IMG/VR virus record: IMGVR_UViG_3300023109_001684
Source: a virus
DNA: 64,000 bases
Strand: one strand, 5' to 3'
The notes beneath the pieces are model-generated. The model searched no databases. It saw only the letters and a list, made by a program, of their open reading frames with translations, and had not been told where the DNA came from. The position numbers and the translations under genes are program-made. Shown piece after piece: positions 42,323 through 52,156 of the stretch (the first letter of the stretch is position 1; each line of letters begins with the position of its first letter).

Positions 42323-43514
42323 CGGGTGCGTTAATGCTTATATGAATTTAAGTATACACCCTACTGGAGGTGTACGACCTTGTTGTATGAGTGATAAATT
42401 CTTAACAACTGATACAGGCGAAACTTCATTAGACAAAGCAAGCATTAAAGATTTTTGGTATAGTAAAGATCGTAAAGATTTTGCAGACGCACTAGACAGC
42501 GGCGAAAGGATATCAGATTGCACAGCATGTTGGCAGGAAGAAGATGCTGGCAAAGAAAGCAAGCGCATAAGAGACAACAGAGAATATAAAGATAGAACAT
42601 TTGAGTTTGAAAGTTTGCCAGTTGTGCTAGATCTAAGCATGGGCAACTTATGTAACCTAAAGTGTCGCATTTGTTCGCCAAGACATAGTACTCCGTGGCT
42701 ACGTGAGGAAGCAGAAATACACAGTCCTAAGGACATAAAAGGTTACATGAAACAACCTAAATGGTTAATTGCTAAAGAAAGTTTTGAACAAACTAACGAC
42801 TTTGTTTGGGAAGATATAAAGGAGTTACTAGAACATGCAGAACGTTTTGATTTTGCTGGCGGAGAGCCTTTTTACATTCCTGCACATTGGAAAATGATAG
42901 AACACAGTGTTACACAAGGCTTTAGTAAGAATCAATATTTACATTATAACACAAATGGTACCATTTATCCGACCAAATATATAGATTTATTGGACAAATT
43001 TAAAACAGTTGATATACAAATAAGTTCAGATGGTATAGGTAAAAAGTTTGATTATTTACGACACGGAAGTCCATTTGAATTGTGTGAAGAAAATATAGAT
43101 AAATTTTTAGTGGCTAAAGATAATGCAAAGACAACATGGTATATTGGCGCATGTTTAAGTGTAAGTGCATTTAATGTATTTGATTTTTTTGAAACGTATG
43201 AACATTATGCAGCCAAAGGACTACGCATGTATGTAAACACAGTACATGATCATCATGGAGTAAGAATTATTCCTACAGAATTAAAACAAAAGTTAATAAA
43301 AAGATTAGAAGCAACAGAAAGCAAATATGATGTACATGACTGGACTAGGCAGCGTGATATGATTTGTAATCTATTGCGTAATACAGAATACAGTGAACAT
43401 GACTGGAACAATTTTTGGAAAGAAATACGGTTAAGAGATAAAGTCCGTAATGAAAGTTTCCAAGAAACATTTCCAGAATATTACAATTTAGCAAAGGAGT
43501 ACATCAATGTTTAG
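42315..43514 (+). CDS. Radical SAM protein with N-terminal twitch/SPASM-like domain
   Basis: CNLKCRIC, AGGEP; N-terminal C..PCC..CTAC. Start moved from 42306 to ATG 42315, which has better spacing to GAGGTG. Confidence 0.88.
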   Translation: MANGCVNAYMNLSIHPTGGVRPCCMSDKFLTTDTGETSLDKASIKDFWYSKDRKDFADALDSGERISDCTACWQEEDAGKESKRIRDNREYKDRTFEFESLPVVLDLSMGNLCNLKCRICSPRHSTPWLREEAEIHSPKDIKGYMKQPKWLIAKESFEQTNDFVWEDIKELLEHAERFDFAGGEPFYIPAHWKMIEHSVTQGFSKNQYLHYNTNGTIYPTKYIDLLDKFKTVDIQISSDGIGKKFDYLRHGSPFELCEENIDKFLVAKDNAKTTWYIGACLSVSAFNVFDFFETYEHYAAKGLRMYVNTVHDHHGVRIIPTELKQKLIKRLEATESKYDVHDWTRQRDMICNLLRNTEYSEHDWNNFWKEIRLRDKVRNESFQETFPEYYNLAKEYINV

Positions 43515-44742
43515 AGGTGAAAAGTTTCAAGTTCATTGGGAGCCTACTGATAGATGTAACAGTATGTGTCCAATGTGTCCACGATACACAAAAGACGGAT
43601 TTGAAGTAGAAACACTTTCAAATACTGAATGGACTTTAGACCAATTTAAAGCAGCATGGCCTGTAGAGTTTATTCAACGTAATTTAAAGAAAATTTTAGC
43701 ATGTGGTAATTTTGGTGATCCGTGTGCATGTAGACAATTTGTTGATATTTACGAATATGTAAGAGAACTAAATCCCGGAGTAGGGTTAGCGTGTAATACT
43801 AACGGAAGTCTAAGAACACCTGATTGGTGGGCACGTTTAGGCGCAGTAATGACAGAAAAACAAAATCCTGGCAATTACTGCACATTTAGTATTGACGGTT
43901 TAGAAGATACAAATCATCTATATAGACGTAAAACAAACTTTAAAAAGATAATCGAAAATGCTAAAGCGTTTATCGATGCTGGCGGAGTAGCACATTGGGA
44001 CTATATTGTATTTGAATACAACGAACATCAAGTTGAAGAAGCACGTAATCTAGCTATTGAAATGGGATTTAAAAACTTTAATATTAAGAGAACTACTAGA
44101 TGGCAAAGATACGACAATGACCAAGGAGCATATAAAGTATATGAAAAAGGCAAATACTTATATGATCTAAAACAGCCATCAGAAGTTGCATTTAAGCATA
44201 ACTTTGAAGATGCTACACTTTTTAAAAATCAAGAAAATCAAAGTATTACACTAGAAGATTTTAAAAATATGAAAGGCAGAGATAATGGAGATAATAGATA
44301 TGCAAACGGTGAATGGCATACTATTAAATTAAATGATTTGTCAATAGCATGCAGAAGTTGTGCAGGCGCAAGACCGCATCATCCTAACAACGAAATTTAT
44401 ATAGCAGCAGACGGTTTTGTATCTCCATGTTGTTTTTTAGGAAGTGAACCGTTTCATAATCCTAAACAAAGGTCAAGAGACGATAACTATTTAAAAATTG
44501 TTGATATTGATGGCGGACAACGTGCATTTAATATGCACGACCATAATTTGTTTGATATACTTGATAAAGACTTATTCCGTAAACTTATACCCGACACATG
44601 GGATAATGAAAGCGGCAATACAAGTATGCGTCCTGCTAAATGCGGGCAGTGCTGTGGTGTAGAATGGAATGGTCTTGACTTTGGCGAACTAGGCGACAAA
44701 CAAAATAGTTACTTAAATGGCGGCGGCGATGGAACTAAGTAA
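43507..44742 (+). CDS. Radical SAM protein with C-terminal SPASM/twitch-like domain
   Basis: CNSMCPMC, GNFGDP, SIDGLEDTNHLYRR; C-terminal C..YIAADGFVSPCC..CGQC; AAGGAG RBS. Confidence 0.9.
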   Translation: MFRGEKFQVHWEPTDRCNSMCPMCPRYTKDGFEVETLSNTEWTLDQFKAAWPVEFIQRNLKKILACGNFGDPCACRQFVDIYEYVRELNPGVGLACNTNGSLRTPDWWARLGAVMTEKQNPGNYCTFSIDGLEDTNHLYRRKTNFKKIIENAKAFIDAGGVAHWDYIVFEYNEHQVEEARNLAIEMGFKNFNIKRTTRWQRYDNDQGAYKVYEKGKYLYDLKQPSEVAFKHNFEDATLFKNQENQSITLEDFKNMKGRDNGDNRYANGEWHTIKLNDLSIACRSCAGARPHHPNNEIYIAADGFVSPCCFLGSEPFHNPKQRSRDDNYLKIVDIDGGQRAFNMHDHNLFDILDKDLFRKLIPDTWDNESGNTSMRPAKCGQCCGVEWNGLDFGELGDKQNSYLNGGGDGTK

Positions 44743-45922
44743 TTATTGTGTCTTACCTTTTAATAGTGTTAGTATAAGCGCAACTGGCGAAATACGACAG
44801 TGTTGTAATGCTGGCTATACTTCTAGCAATACATACGTAGACGCATTAGATGTCAACGGCATAATAAACAATCCTTTTATACAAGATATCCGTGAGCACT
44901 TTCAAGAAAATAAAAAACATTCTCAATGCGACAGATGCTGGAAAATGGAGGACTTGGGATCTAGAAGTTTTCGACATGTTGCAAATAATGATAAAGAACA
45001 CGGAGTTAAACGTGGAATAAAAAGTACTAAAACAGTAATGGATTTTGAGGATCTTGAGTACATAGATATAACACTAGGTAACAAGTGTAATCTTGCATGC
45101 CGTATGTGCAACTGGTCCAGTAGTAGTTTATTAGCAAAACAACTAAAAGAATTAGGTAAACACAACGGTCCTATAGACTTAGAATTAAATGAAGAATCAA
45201 AACAAAAAGTTTTAGAGTTATTTCGCAAAAGTAAAAATCTAAACAGTATCTATATGTTAGGCGGCGAGCCATTAATAAATCCATTTCATGATGAAATATT
45301 AGATCTATTAATAGACTCTGGACAAGCAAAGAACATCGGTATACACTATAATACTAATTTGCAAGTAAATAAAATTGAAGACTACATAGACAAATGGAAA
45401 CACTTTAGAACAATACATATACAGGCAAGTATTGACGGGTGTGATGAAGTTTATAATTATATACGTTGGCCTGGTAATTGGAACAAAGTATTTAAAAATT
45501 TACTAACTCTAGTTAATTTTGGCGACGACGAAAAAATTAAAGTTAGTATTAGTACAACAATACAAAACACCAATGCACTAAATATTCCTAAACTTATCGA
45601 AAGGTGTCAATCTTTAGAAGGAAAAGCAGTTCCATTTTTCTTTATACCAGTTGTTGGCACATGTACATTAGATATCACTCCTAAACATATTATTCAGCAA
45701 GCAATTGATATACTAGAAGCAATGCCAGCCCGTAATCAAATACCAATGCAAGATCTATTAGCAAACTATTATGATGCCCTAACAAAGCCAATTGATATTA
45801 GGAAAGTTGGTGAATACTTCCAAGAACAAAAAATGTTTGACGAGAAGCGTGGACAAAATTTATTTGAAACAGTCCCATACTTTATAGAACTTGCAGATGA
45901 ATACAATATAGAAAGATGGTAA
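44717..45922 (+). CDS. Radical SAM protein with N-terminal twitch/SPASM-like domain
   Basis: CNLACRMC, LGGEP, YIRWP; N-terminal YC..QCC..CDRC. True start may be 44729. Confidence 0.88.
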   Translation: MAAAMELSNYCVLPFNSVSISATGEIRQCCNAGYTSSNTYVDALDVNGIINNPFIQDIREHFQENKKHSQCDRCWKMEDLGSRSFRHVANNDKEHGVKRGIKSTKTVMDFEDLEYIDITLGNKCNLACRMCNWSSSSLLAKQLKELGKHNGPIDLELNEESKQKVLELFRKSKNLNSIYMLGGEPLINPFHDEILDLLIDSGQAKNIGIHYNTNLQVNKIEDYIDKWKHFRTIHIQASIDGCDEVYNYIRWPGNWNKVFKNLLTLVNFGDDEKIKVSISTTIQNTNALNIPKLIERCQSLEGKAVPFFFIPVVGTCTLDITPKHIIQQAIDILEAMPARNQIPMQDLLANYYDALTKPIDIRKVGEYFQEQKMFDEKRGQNLFETVPYFIELADEYNIERW

Positions 45923-46543
45923 ATGATAAAAACAATAAAAACAGTTTATGAAGATCCTGCAATTATAGAAATAGAGTTTGAACCATTTGCACAGGATAAA
46001 ATAGACGCACTATATAAAGAAGATAATTTTGAACAGTTAAGTTTTGAAAACTTAGTTGTGCATGGCGGCAGACAAAGATTAACGCCTGATGCAAGAGGGC
46101 TAGATAATTATAAACAATTAGCTGCACACTTTTCGCCTATGTTTAAAACTGTAACAAAAGCACTATTAGAAATAGATAAATTACGTTGGCCTGTATTTTA
46201 TAATTTTGATGATTGGTGGAACAAAAATAATTTTGATGCTAAACATGCATTTATGTTAGTACACGATAAAAAAGGATTTGACCAACCTTGGCATTTAGAC
46301 AATAGGTTTAGTATGTGGGCAGGCTCGATAAATTTAGCTGATAATGAAACTAAAACAGCATTTAGCAAAACTAATCATGATTGGACTGACAAGGGACAAG
46401 ATCTTGATAGAAAATTTTATGAAGCAAGTAACCAAAAATGGACCGGCACTTTTTGGCTAAATACTGAAAACAACTGGCATAGTGTGCCGTTAGTTCAATC
46501 AGATAGAAGGGCCATAGTATGCAATTTATTGCTAGCAACATAG
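45923..46543 (+). CDS. Putative 2OG-Fe(II) oxygenase
   Basis: PWHLD (HxD)...NWHSV..RR facial-triad and 2OG-binding pattern. Confidence 0.65.
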   Translation: MIKTIKTVYEDPAIIEIEFEPFAQDKIDALYKEDNFEQLSFENLVVHGGRQRLTPDARGLDNYKQLAAHFSPMFKTVTKALLEIDKLRWPVFYNFDDWWNKNNFDAKHAFMLVHDKKGFDQPWHLDNRFSMWAGSINLADNETKTAFSKTNHDWTDKGQDLDRKFYEASNQKWTGTFWLNTENNWHSVPLVQSDRRAIVCNLLLAT

Positions 46544-47415
46544 TATTAACATTTGAAAAAGATAGGTATATCAAGTTTCGTGCCTACGATAATGTAGCAG
46601 GTAGGCTAGTAATAGACAGGCTACAAAATTACAACTATGTTACAAGACTAAATTCTTTTTTAGGATTAGATAAAGGTAATATTGATTATACAATCTATGT
46701 AGATAGGCTATGGCAACACTTTGATAATATAAGTGCATTAGGATATAAGCATCCATTTACACGCAAAGACAATCCTACACAGGTAGACCTTAACAAGTAT
46801 CATAGATTTTTTACAGATAATAGTGTATGGATTAACAATTATACATTCCATAACATTCAAGTTGAAAATCCTTATGATCCAAAATTTACTTTCAACATGA
46901 TTACGTCAAGAGAACAATGGTTAGATTTAATTCACGGAGTTAATACGGAAGTTCATAAACTAGAAGTAAGCAGAGAAACAACTCAAAAATCATTTGTAGC
47001 ATCACTTAACCCTGCACCGTATATACATCTTACATGTAATGATAACAACGTTCATGACGCAAGTTGGCAGAATTTTTATGACAATGACGAACAATTAATT
47101 TACCAAGATAGTCTTGCTACTGTCTTATTATCAGATGAAATACAAGGTAAAAGTTATTTACGTGCATTCTTAGACGATGACGATCCAAGAAAGTCTGATG
47201 TTACAGGTAGGGATGGCACGTACGGCGGCATAATATTTGATATTGATAATACTAGACAAAAGATATACAAGTCTATAGAATTCCAAAAATGGGTAAAATT
47301 TTATAAACTAGACTATGCTAAATTGCCGTTAGAATATGCAATTGGTGAAATCAGTCAGCACAATTGGGTCAATGACGGACACATTTGTGCTCTAAAAACT
47401 GTTCAAATCCAATAG
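46519..47415 (+). CDS. Hypothetical protein, His/Glu-motif family (copy 1)
   Basis: LNKYHRFF, VNTEVHKLE, QGKSY, YAIG; aligns by eye with the 53988 and 56549 genes. Confidence 0.65.
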   Translation: MQFIASNIVLTFEKDRYIKFRAYDNVAGRLVIDRLQNYNYVTRLNSFLGLDKGNIDYTIYVDRLWQHFDNISALGYKHPFTRKDNPTQVDLNKYHRFFTDNSVWINNYTFHNIQVENPYDPKFTFNMITSREQWLDLIHGVNTEVHKLEVSRETTQKSFVASLNPAPYIHLTCNDNNVHDASWQNFYDNDEQLIYQDSLATVLLSDEIQGKSYLRAFLDDDDPRKSDVTGRDGTYGGIIFDIDNTRQKIYKSIEFQKWVKFYKLDYAKLPLEYAIGEISQHNWVNDGHICALKTVQIQ

Positions 47416-48041
47416 TTGCCATTTTTATCTATTGTGCATCCGTTGTCGTTTGCATTTAATTTTTCTATTAACAATCGAATTGTTTCGGCATCTTGTTCTT
47501 GCTCTTGTTCAGGAAACCAAAAAGGATTAAGTGCAAAAAATATTCCTTTATGTTGATTAGCAAATCCACGCATTATGTGTAAATTTGTAGACTTTACACT
47601 TGCATAACCTGCATATTTCCACATTGCCTGATCTTTACCGTCTATTAATCCAGTAAGCATCCATCCAATTTTTGTGTCTTTTGTAATACTATCAGAAAGT
47701 TGTTGTACAACTACGTAGGGTAACATACTGTTTACCCAGTTTTGTATGTGCCAATGGTCTATTGGATAACTTTGATTAGGTGCAAAACATTGTTCGTTTG
47801 GACCGCCGCCTGAATTTTGATTAAAGAATATAAGATCGTATGTGTTGTTTTTTAGCTGATCTGTAATATGCCTTATAGTATTTTCATTAGATGAAATCCA
47901 GTCTATAGGGTAAGTGTGTACATTAGCGTGTGCAAATGCAGAGCTAGTAATTAGATCAACAGTATACCCGTTGTCTGCTAGATTTTTTGTAAAGACTGAT
48001 CCCCATTTAGATCCGCCTCCTATTATTAATGCTTGTTTCAT
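47403..48041 (-). CDS. Short-chain dehydrogenase/reductase-like NAD(P)-binding protein
   Basis: ALIIGGGSKWG Rossmann motif, DLIFFN, YASVK (YxxxK); fills the gap between + strand genes. Confidence 0.75.
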   Translation of the reverse strand: MKQALIIGGGSKWGSVFTKNLADNGYTVDLITSSAFAHANVHTYPIDWISSNENTIRHITDQLKNNTYDLIFFNQNSGGGPNEQCFAPNQSYPIDHWHIQNWVNSMLPYVVVQQLSDSITKDTKIGWMLTGLIDGKDQAMWKYAGYASVKSTNLHIMRGFANQHKGIFFALNPFWFPEQEQEQDAETIRLLIEKLNANDNGCTIDKNGNYWI

Positions 48042-48046
48042 ACAAA

Positions 48047-48054
48047 TATTTATA
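48047..48054 (-). promoter_or_regulatory. T4-late-type promoter TATAAATA for the SDR gene
   Basis: Plus-strand tatttata at 48047-48054 is an exact TATAAATA on the minus strand, 5 nt upstream of the ATG. Confidence 0.6.
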
Positions 48055-48071
48055 AACTATGCAGTTTATAA
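48050..48071. promoter_or_regulatory. Inverted repeat (9-bp arms, 4-nt spacer), possible operator
   Basis: ttataaact-atgc-agtttataa between divergent genes. Confidence 0.5.
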
Positions 48072-48080
48072 CATAAATAG

Positions 48081-48109
48081 TTGACACATGTTACAAAAGG
48101 TGCTATAAT
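48081..48109 (+). promoter_or_regulatory. Consensus sigma70 promoter with extended -10 (TTGACA-N17-TATAAT, TGn)
   Basis: TTGACA 48081-48086, TG 48101-48102, TATAAT 48104-48109; ATG at 48116. Confidence 0.9.
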
Positions 48110-48115
48110 TTAAAT

Positions 48116-50344
48116 ATGTATGATATATTCTATTCTGGAAACAATGTAAACATCCCACCTGCTAAAAAAGTACTTAACTTCCAACAGGCTCAAACACAAG
48201 CACTAACAAAAATGTTTTGGTTTGTACCTGCAGACGTAGAAGTGAGTGCTGACTTTAACTTCGACTACACAGTTGATGAATGGGACACAGCATATGTCAA
48301 CAGATTTTTAAACAAAGAAACTTATGATGGCATTGTTCTTGCACCTAAAAATTTAAGTGTTATAAAAGAAAAAATAGACACAAGAGAATATGAGTCTACT
48401 AAAGATTTAGAAATCATAGCAAGTGTGCCTAAACCGTTTGATCAATTTTATATCGATTCCTATGACAAATATTTACATGCATTAGAAACTAGTTCTACCG
48501 AGCTATTTTGGGTGTTAACTCAAAACGTTACTCACAATCAGGACTTTATTGATAACTTTTATTTTAGTCATGATAACACTTATGACAGAAAGGAAAATCA
48601 TGCATTTGTACATGATGTTAATGGAAGGCAATTATACAACGGCGTATTCCTATGTTCAAAACATACCCCCGTTAGCAAAAGAGAAATAGAATATCGATTT
48701 CTTGTAAGCTCTAAAGAGTGGCCTGATGTTGTAAGCACTCCGGTGCAGTATGAAATATTTACAGTTGACACATACGATGATTATTTACATGCTGTAGACA
48801 ATAGTTCAAAAGAAATGTTTTGGGCAGTAAGGTCAGAAGTAGATACATCTGATTTTTTGTTTGATTTATACTTTAGTCATGACAACAAATATGATAGGGA
48901 AATCAATCATTCTTTCTTGCATAAAGAAGAAGACAAGTTACTGCGTAATAGTGTATGGTTACTGTCAAAGAAATCTACTGTATCTCAAAAAGAAATAGAG
49001 TATAGATTTTTAGTTGGTGCAAAAGAATGGGATATAGTTGCTAGTAAAACAAAACAGTATGACAGGTTTGTTGTTAATAATTATAACGACTACGAACTTG
49101 CATTAGAAAACACTAGCACTGATATGTTTTGGGCAATACCTAACCGTATACAGATAATAGATGAAAGTATTTTTGATCTAGTTTATCCAGTCCAAAATAA
49201 TTTTGATGATACTTATAAATTTGAACGTAATATTAATCACGTATTTAAGAACGGTGACTATTACGATGGCTTAATACTATGCAGCAAAAATTGTAAAATT
49301 ACACAAAAAGAATTTGATTTTGGATTTATTGTTCAAAAACAAGAAGTTGATAGGATTGTATCTAAACCAAAGAAATATCAACAGATATACGTTGATAATT
49401 ATGATGATTATGTGTTACAACTAACAACAGTTACAAGTAATTTTGTCTGGGTAATTCCTAACGATGTAGAAGTAGACTGGGATTTTAAATACCATATACC
49501 TTATTATGAACGCGATAACGTACACGTATTTAAAAACGATAAGTATCACGACGGTGTGTTTCTAATACACAAAGAAAACGAAATATCTCAACGAGAGTTT
49601 GATTATAGATTTTTTAGAAATAAAAAAGAAATTGATATAACTGTTAGTATGCCGACACCTTATGATATTGTATTCATAAGTTATAATGAACCTAATGCAG
49701 ACGATAACTACATAGCTCTGCAACAACGTTTTCCTAGAGCAAAACGTATACACGGTGTAAAAGGAATACACCAAGCGCATATAGCTGCTGCAAAGCTCTG
49801 TAATACCGATATGATATGGATTGTAGACGGCGATGCAATAATTGTTGATGATTTTAATTTTGACTACCAAGTTCCTAAATGGCAGCATGATCATGTATTT
49901 GTATGGCGCAGTAAAAATCCTGTAAATGATATGGTTTACGGATACGGTGGTGTAAAATTATTTCCTAGGCAACAAACACTTGACGTTGATGTGAATACTG
50001 CGGATATGACAACTAGTATTAGCACAAAATTTAATGCTGTGCAACAGATTGCTAATATTACGTCATTCAACACTGATCCGTTTAACACTTGGAAGAGTGC
50101 ATTTAGAGAATGTGCAAAACTAGCAAGTAAGACTATAAGAGGACAAGTAGATGATGAAACAGAAAAAAGATTGGATGTCTGGTGTACACGAGGAGACCAA
50201 GCTCGCTTTGGAAGGTATGCTATTCGCGGTGCTTGCGCTGGCCGTGACTTTGGTTATGACAATCGCAATAAGCCGGATAATTTGAGACTAATTAATGATT
50301 TTGATTGGTTAAAGGAGCAGTTTAATGCAATTTCAAGACGATAA
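48116..50344 (+). CDS. Glycosyltransferase (GT2-like) with five N-terminal ~100-aa degenerate repeats
   Basis: C-terminal YDIVFISYNEPNAD..HGVKGIHQAH..WIVDGD..YGYGGVK..WKSAFRE; five upstream repeats of Y(D/N)xY...(M/L)FW...GV(F/W)L..K...E(I/F)(E/D)YRF. Confidence 0.7.
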   Translation: MYDIFYSGNNVNIPPAKKVLNFQQAQTQALTKMFWFVPADVEVSADFNFDYTVDEWDTAYVNRFLNKETYDGIVLAPKNLSVIKEKIDTREYESTKDLEIIASVPKPFDQFYIDSYDKYLHALETSSTELFWVLTQNVTHNQDFIDNFYFSHDNTYDRKENHAFVHDVNGRQLYNGVFLCSKHTPVSKREIEYRFLVSSKEWPDVVSTPVQYEIFTVDTYDDYLHAVDNSSKEMFWAVRSEVDTSDFLFDLYFSHDNKYDREINHSFLHKEEDKLLRNSVWLLSKKSTVSQKEIEYRFLVGAKEWDIVASKTKQYDRFVVNNYNDYELALENTSTDMFWAIPNRIQIIDESIFDLVYPVQNNFDDTYKFERNINHVFKNGDYYDGLILCSKNCKITQKEFDFGFIVQKQEVDRIVSKPKKYQQIYVDNYDDYVLQLTTVTSNFVWVIPNDVEVDWDFKYHIPYYERDNVHVFKNDKYHDGVFLIHKENEISQREFDYRFFRNKKEIDITVSMPTPYDIVFISYNEPNADDNYIALQQRFPRAKRIHGVKGIHQAHIAAAKLCNTDMIWIVDGDAIIVDDFNFDYQVPKWQHDHVFVWRSKNPVNDMVYGYGGVKLFPRQQTLDVDVNTADMTTSISTKFNAVQQIANITSFNTDPFNTWKSAFRECAKLASKTIRGQVDDETEKRLDVWCTRGDQARFGRYAIRGACAGRDFGYDNRNKPDNLRLINDFDWLKEQFNAISRR

Positions 50345-51011
50345 AGATATCTTTGGCAGGATGTTAGTTTTAACTGATAATCCTCTCTTTAATAATTTAA
50401 GAAATGCTGTTGATAATTTTGATGCAGATCTCACTGATGCATTAAGTTGGGGACAGTTAAAAAGCAAGAGATGGCTTGTTGACGAGCTAGAAAAATCTAA
50501 CTTAGATTTAGGTACTGTATTTTTATGTGCTGGCTGGTATGCAACTCTTGCTGCAATGATATTTGATAGTAATGTTAATGTATTTAAGATTAGAAGTTTT
50601 GACATTGATGATGCTTGTGCAAGTATAGCTGAAACAGTTAATAGACATCATACTAAAGATAATTGGAGATTTAAAGCAAGTACTGCAAATATACACGATA
50701 TAAACTATAGAGGTTTTACATATAAATCTAAAAGATATGACGGCAGCGAAGTTGAATTATCTGATGCACCGGATACTATTATCAATACTAGCTGCGAACA
50801 TATTGAAAACTTTTCTAATTGGTACAACAATATTCCTACTGGAAAAATTGTTATATTGCAGAACAATAATTATACTGAAATCGACGATCATATAAATTGC
50901 GTAAATAATTTAGAAGAGTTTGCCAATCAAACTTCTATGAGCCAAGTACTATATGAAGGCTCGCTAAAATTATCTAAATATACTCGATTTATGAGGATAG
51001 GTATTAAATGA
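50325..51011 (+). CDS. Putative class I SAM-dependent methyltransferase
   Basis: VFLCAGWYA glycine-loop variant, IRSFDID acidic strand, IINTSCEH; AAGGAG RBS. Confidence 0.65.
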   Translation: MQFQDDKDIFGRMLVLTDNPLFNNLRNAVDNFDADLTDALSWGQLKSKRWLVDELEKSNLDLGTVFLCAGWYATLAAMIFDSNVNVFKIRSFDIDDACASIAETVNRHHTKDNWRFKASTANIHDINYRGFTYKSKRYDGSEVELSDAPDTIINTSCEHIENFSNWYNNIPTGKIVILQNNNYTEIDDHINCVNNLEEFANQTSMSQVLYEGSLKLSKYTRFMRIGIK

Positions 51012-52156
51012 AAAAAGACAATTATTGTAATTATGTTGACAAAGGAATACGAATAAAACTCTTTGACCATCAAGGAGAGCTTTATGCTATCATCAAGCCC
51101 TGTTGCCATATTACATCAAATTACATGCCTCAAGAATATAAAGCTCCTGTTAAAATAAACACAGTTGATGATTTATTAAAAAACAAATCATTAAAATATT
51201 TTAGGAAATACTTTAAACGCAACAACGATTTGCCCCCTGCGTGTATTGCTTGTACTAATTATGAAAGTAAAGGCTTACGAAGTCCTAGAAATAAAATTAA
51301 TGAAACTGATTACTCAGAATATGATATAAACAAACTTGATGTAGTACTAGGAAATAGTTGTAATCTTGCATGTCCTTTCTGTAGCAGTTATGCAAGTAGT
51401 CTTATTGATAAGTTGTCATCAAAGTTAACACCAAACGAAAGGCCTCAATCTTGGATTCCGTTAAAGGATGTTACTCACAAAGGGTCTTATAGAACTGCGG
51501 ATTTAATAGCAGAAGTATTAGACAAATATAAAGTACATACTTTAAAACTTATTGGCGGAGAGCCGTTTTTAAAGGAAAACTGGGATAAAATTTCAGAAGT
51601 TATAGATACTAATAAATGTAAGGATTTACATTTAGAAGTAACAACTAACGGAACTATACTAAACGATGAAATCTTTAATCGTTTAAGTAAAACGAAACAT
51701 GCTCATCTTAGATTGAGTGTTGATAGTATAGGTCCTAATTATGAATTTATACGCTGGCCGCATAAATGGAATAAAATGGACAAAAACTTAGACTATTTAC
51801 GAAATAATAATCAAAGCAATATTCATATCAGTGTTTCAAATCTTGTAAATATCTTTAACTTTGAATACCTTCCAGAAATAGAAGAATACTTTCTAGATGT
51901 AAAAAACGTAGTAGGTTATAGTACAGAAATTAAACCAATAACTCATTTAATGAATTATCAAAATTTGCCCGAACATATTATAGAATCAATAAAATCTCGT
52001 ATTAAATCTAAAAATTTAAAACAAGCACTTGTAAAGGGAAATAATAATTATTCTAAAGAAATTATTAAAAAAGAATTTGAAGTATTGTTAGCACAACGTA
52101 AAATGTCTGCAGAAGATGTAATCGGCCCAATGACTAGAGAGTGGCTAGAATTATGA
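51008..52156 (+). CDS. Radical SAM protein with N-terminal twitch/SPASM-like domain
   Basis: CNLACPFC, IGGEP, FIRWP; N-terminal YC..PCC..CIAC. Confidence 0.88.
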   Translation: MKKDNYCNYVDKGIRIKLFDHQGELYAIIKPCCHITSNYMPQEYKAPVKINTVDDLLKNKSLKYFRKYFKRNNDLPPACIACTNYESKGLRSPRNKINETDYSEYDINKLDVVLGNSCNLACPFCSSYASSLIDKLSSKLTPNERPQSWIPLKDVTHKGSYRTADLIAEVLDKYKVHTLKLIGGEPFLKENWDKISEVIDTNKCKDLHLEVTTNGTILNDEIFNRLSKTKHAHLRLSVDSIGPNYEFIRWPHKWNKMDKNLDYLRNNNQSNIHISVSNLVNIFNFEYLPEIEEYFLDVKNVVGYSTEIKPITHLMNYQNLPEHIIESIKSRIKSKNLKQALVKGNNNYSKEIIKKEFEVLLAQRKMSAEDVIGPMTREWLEL

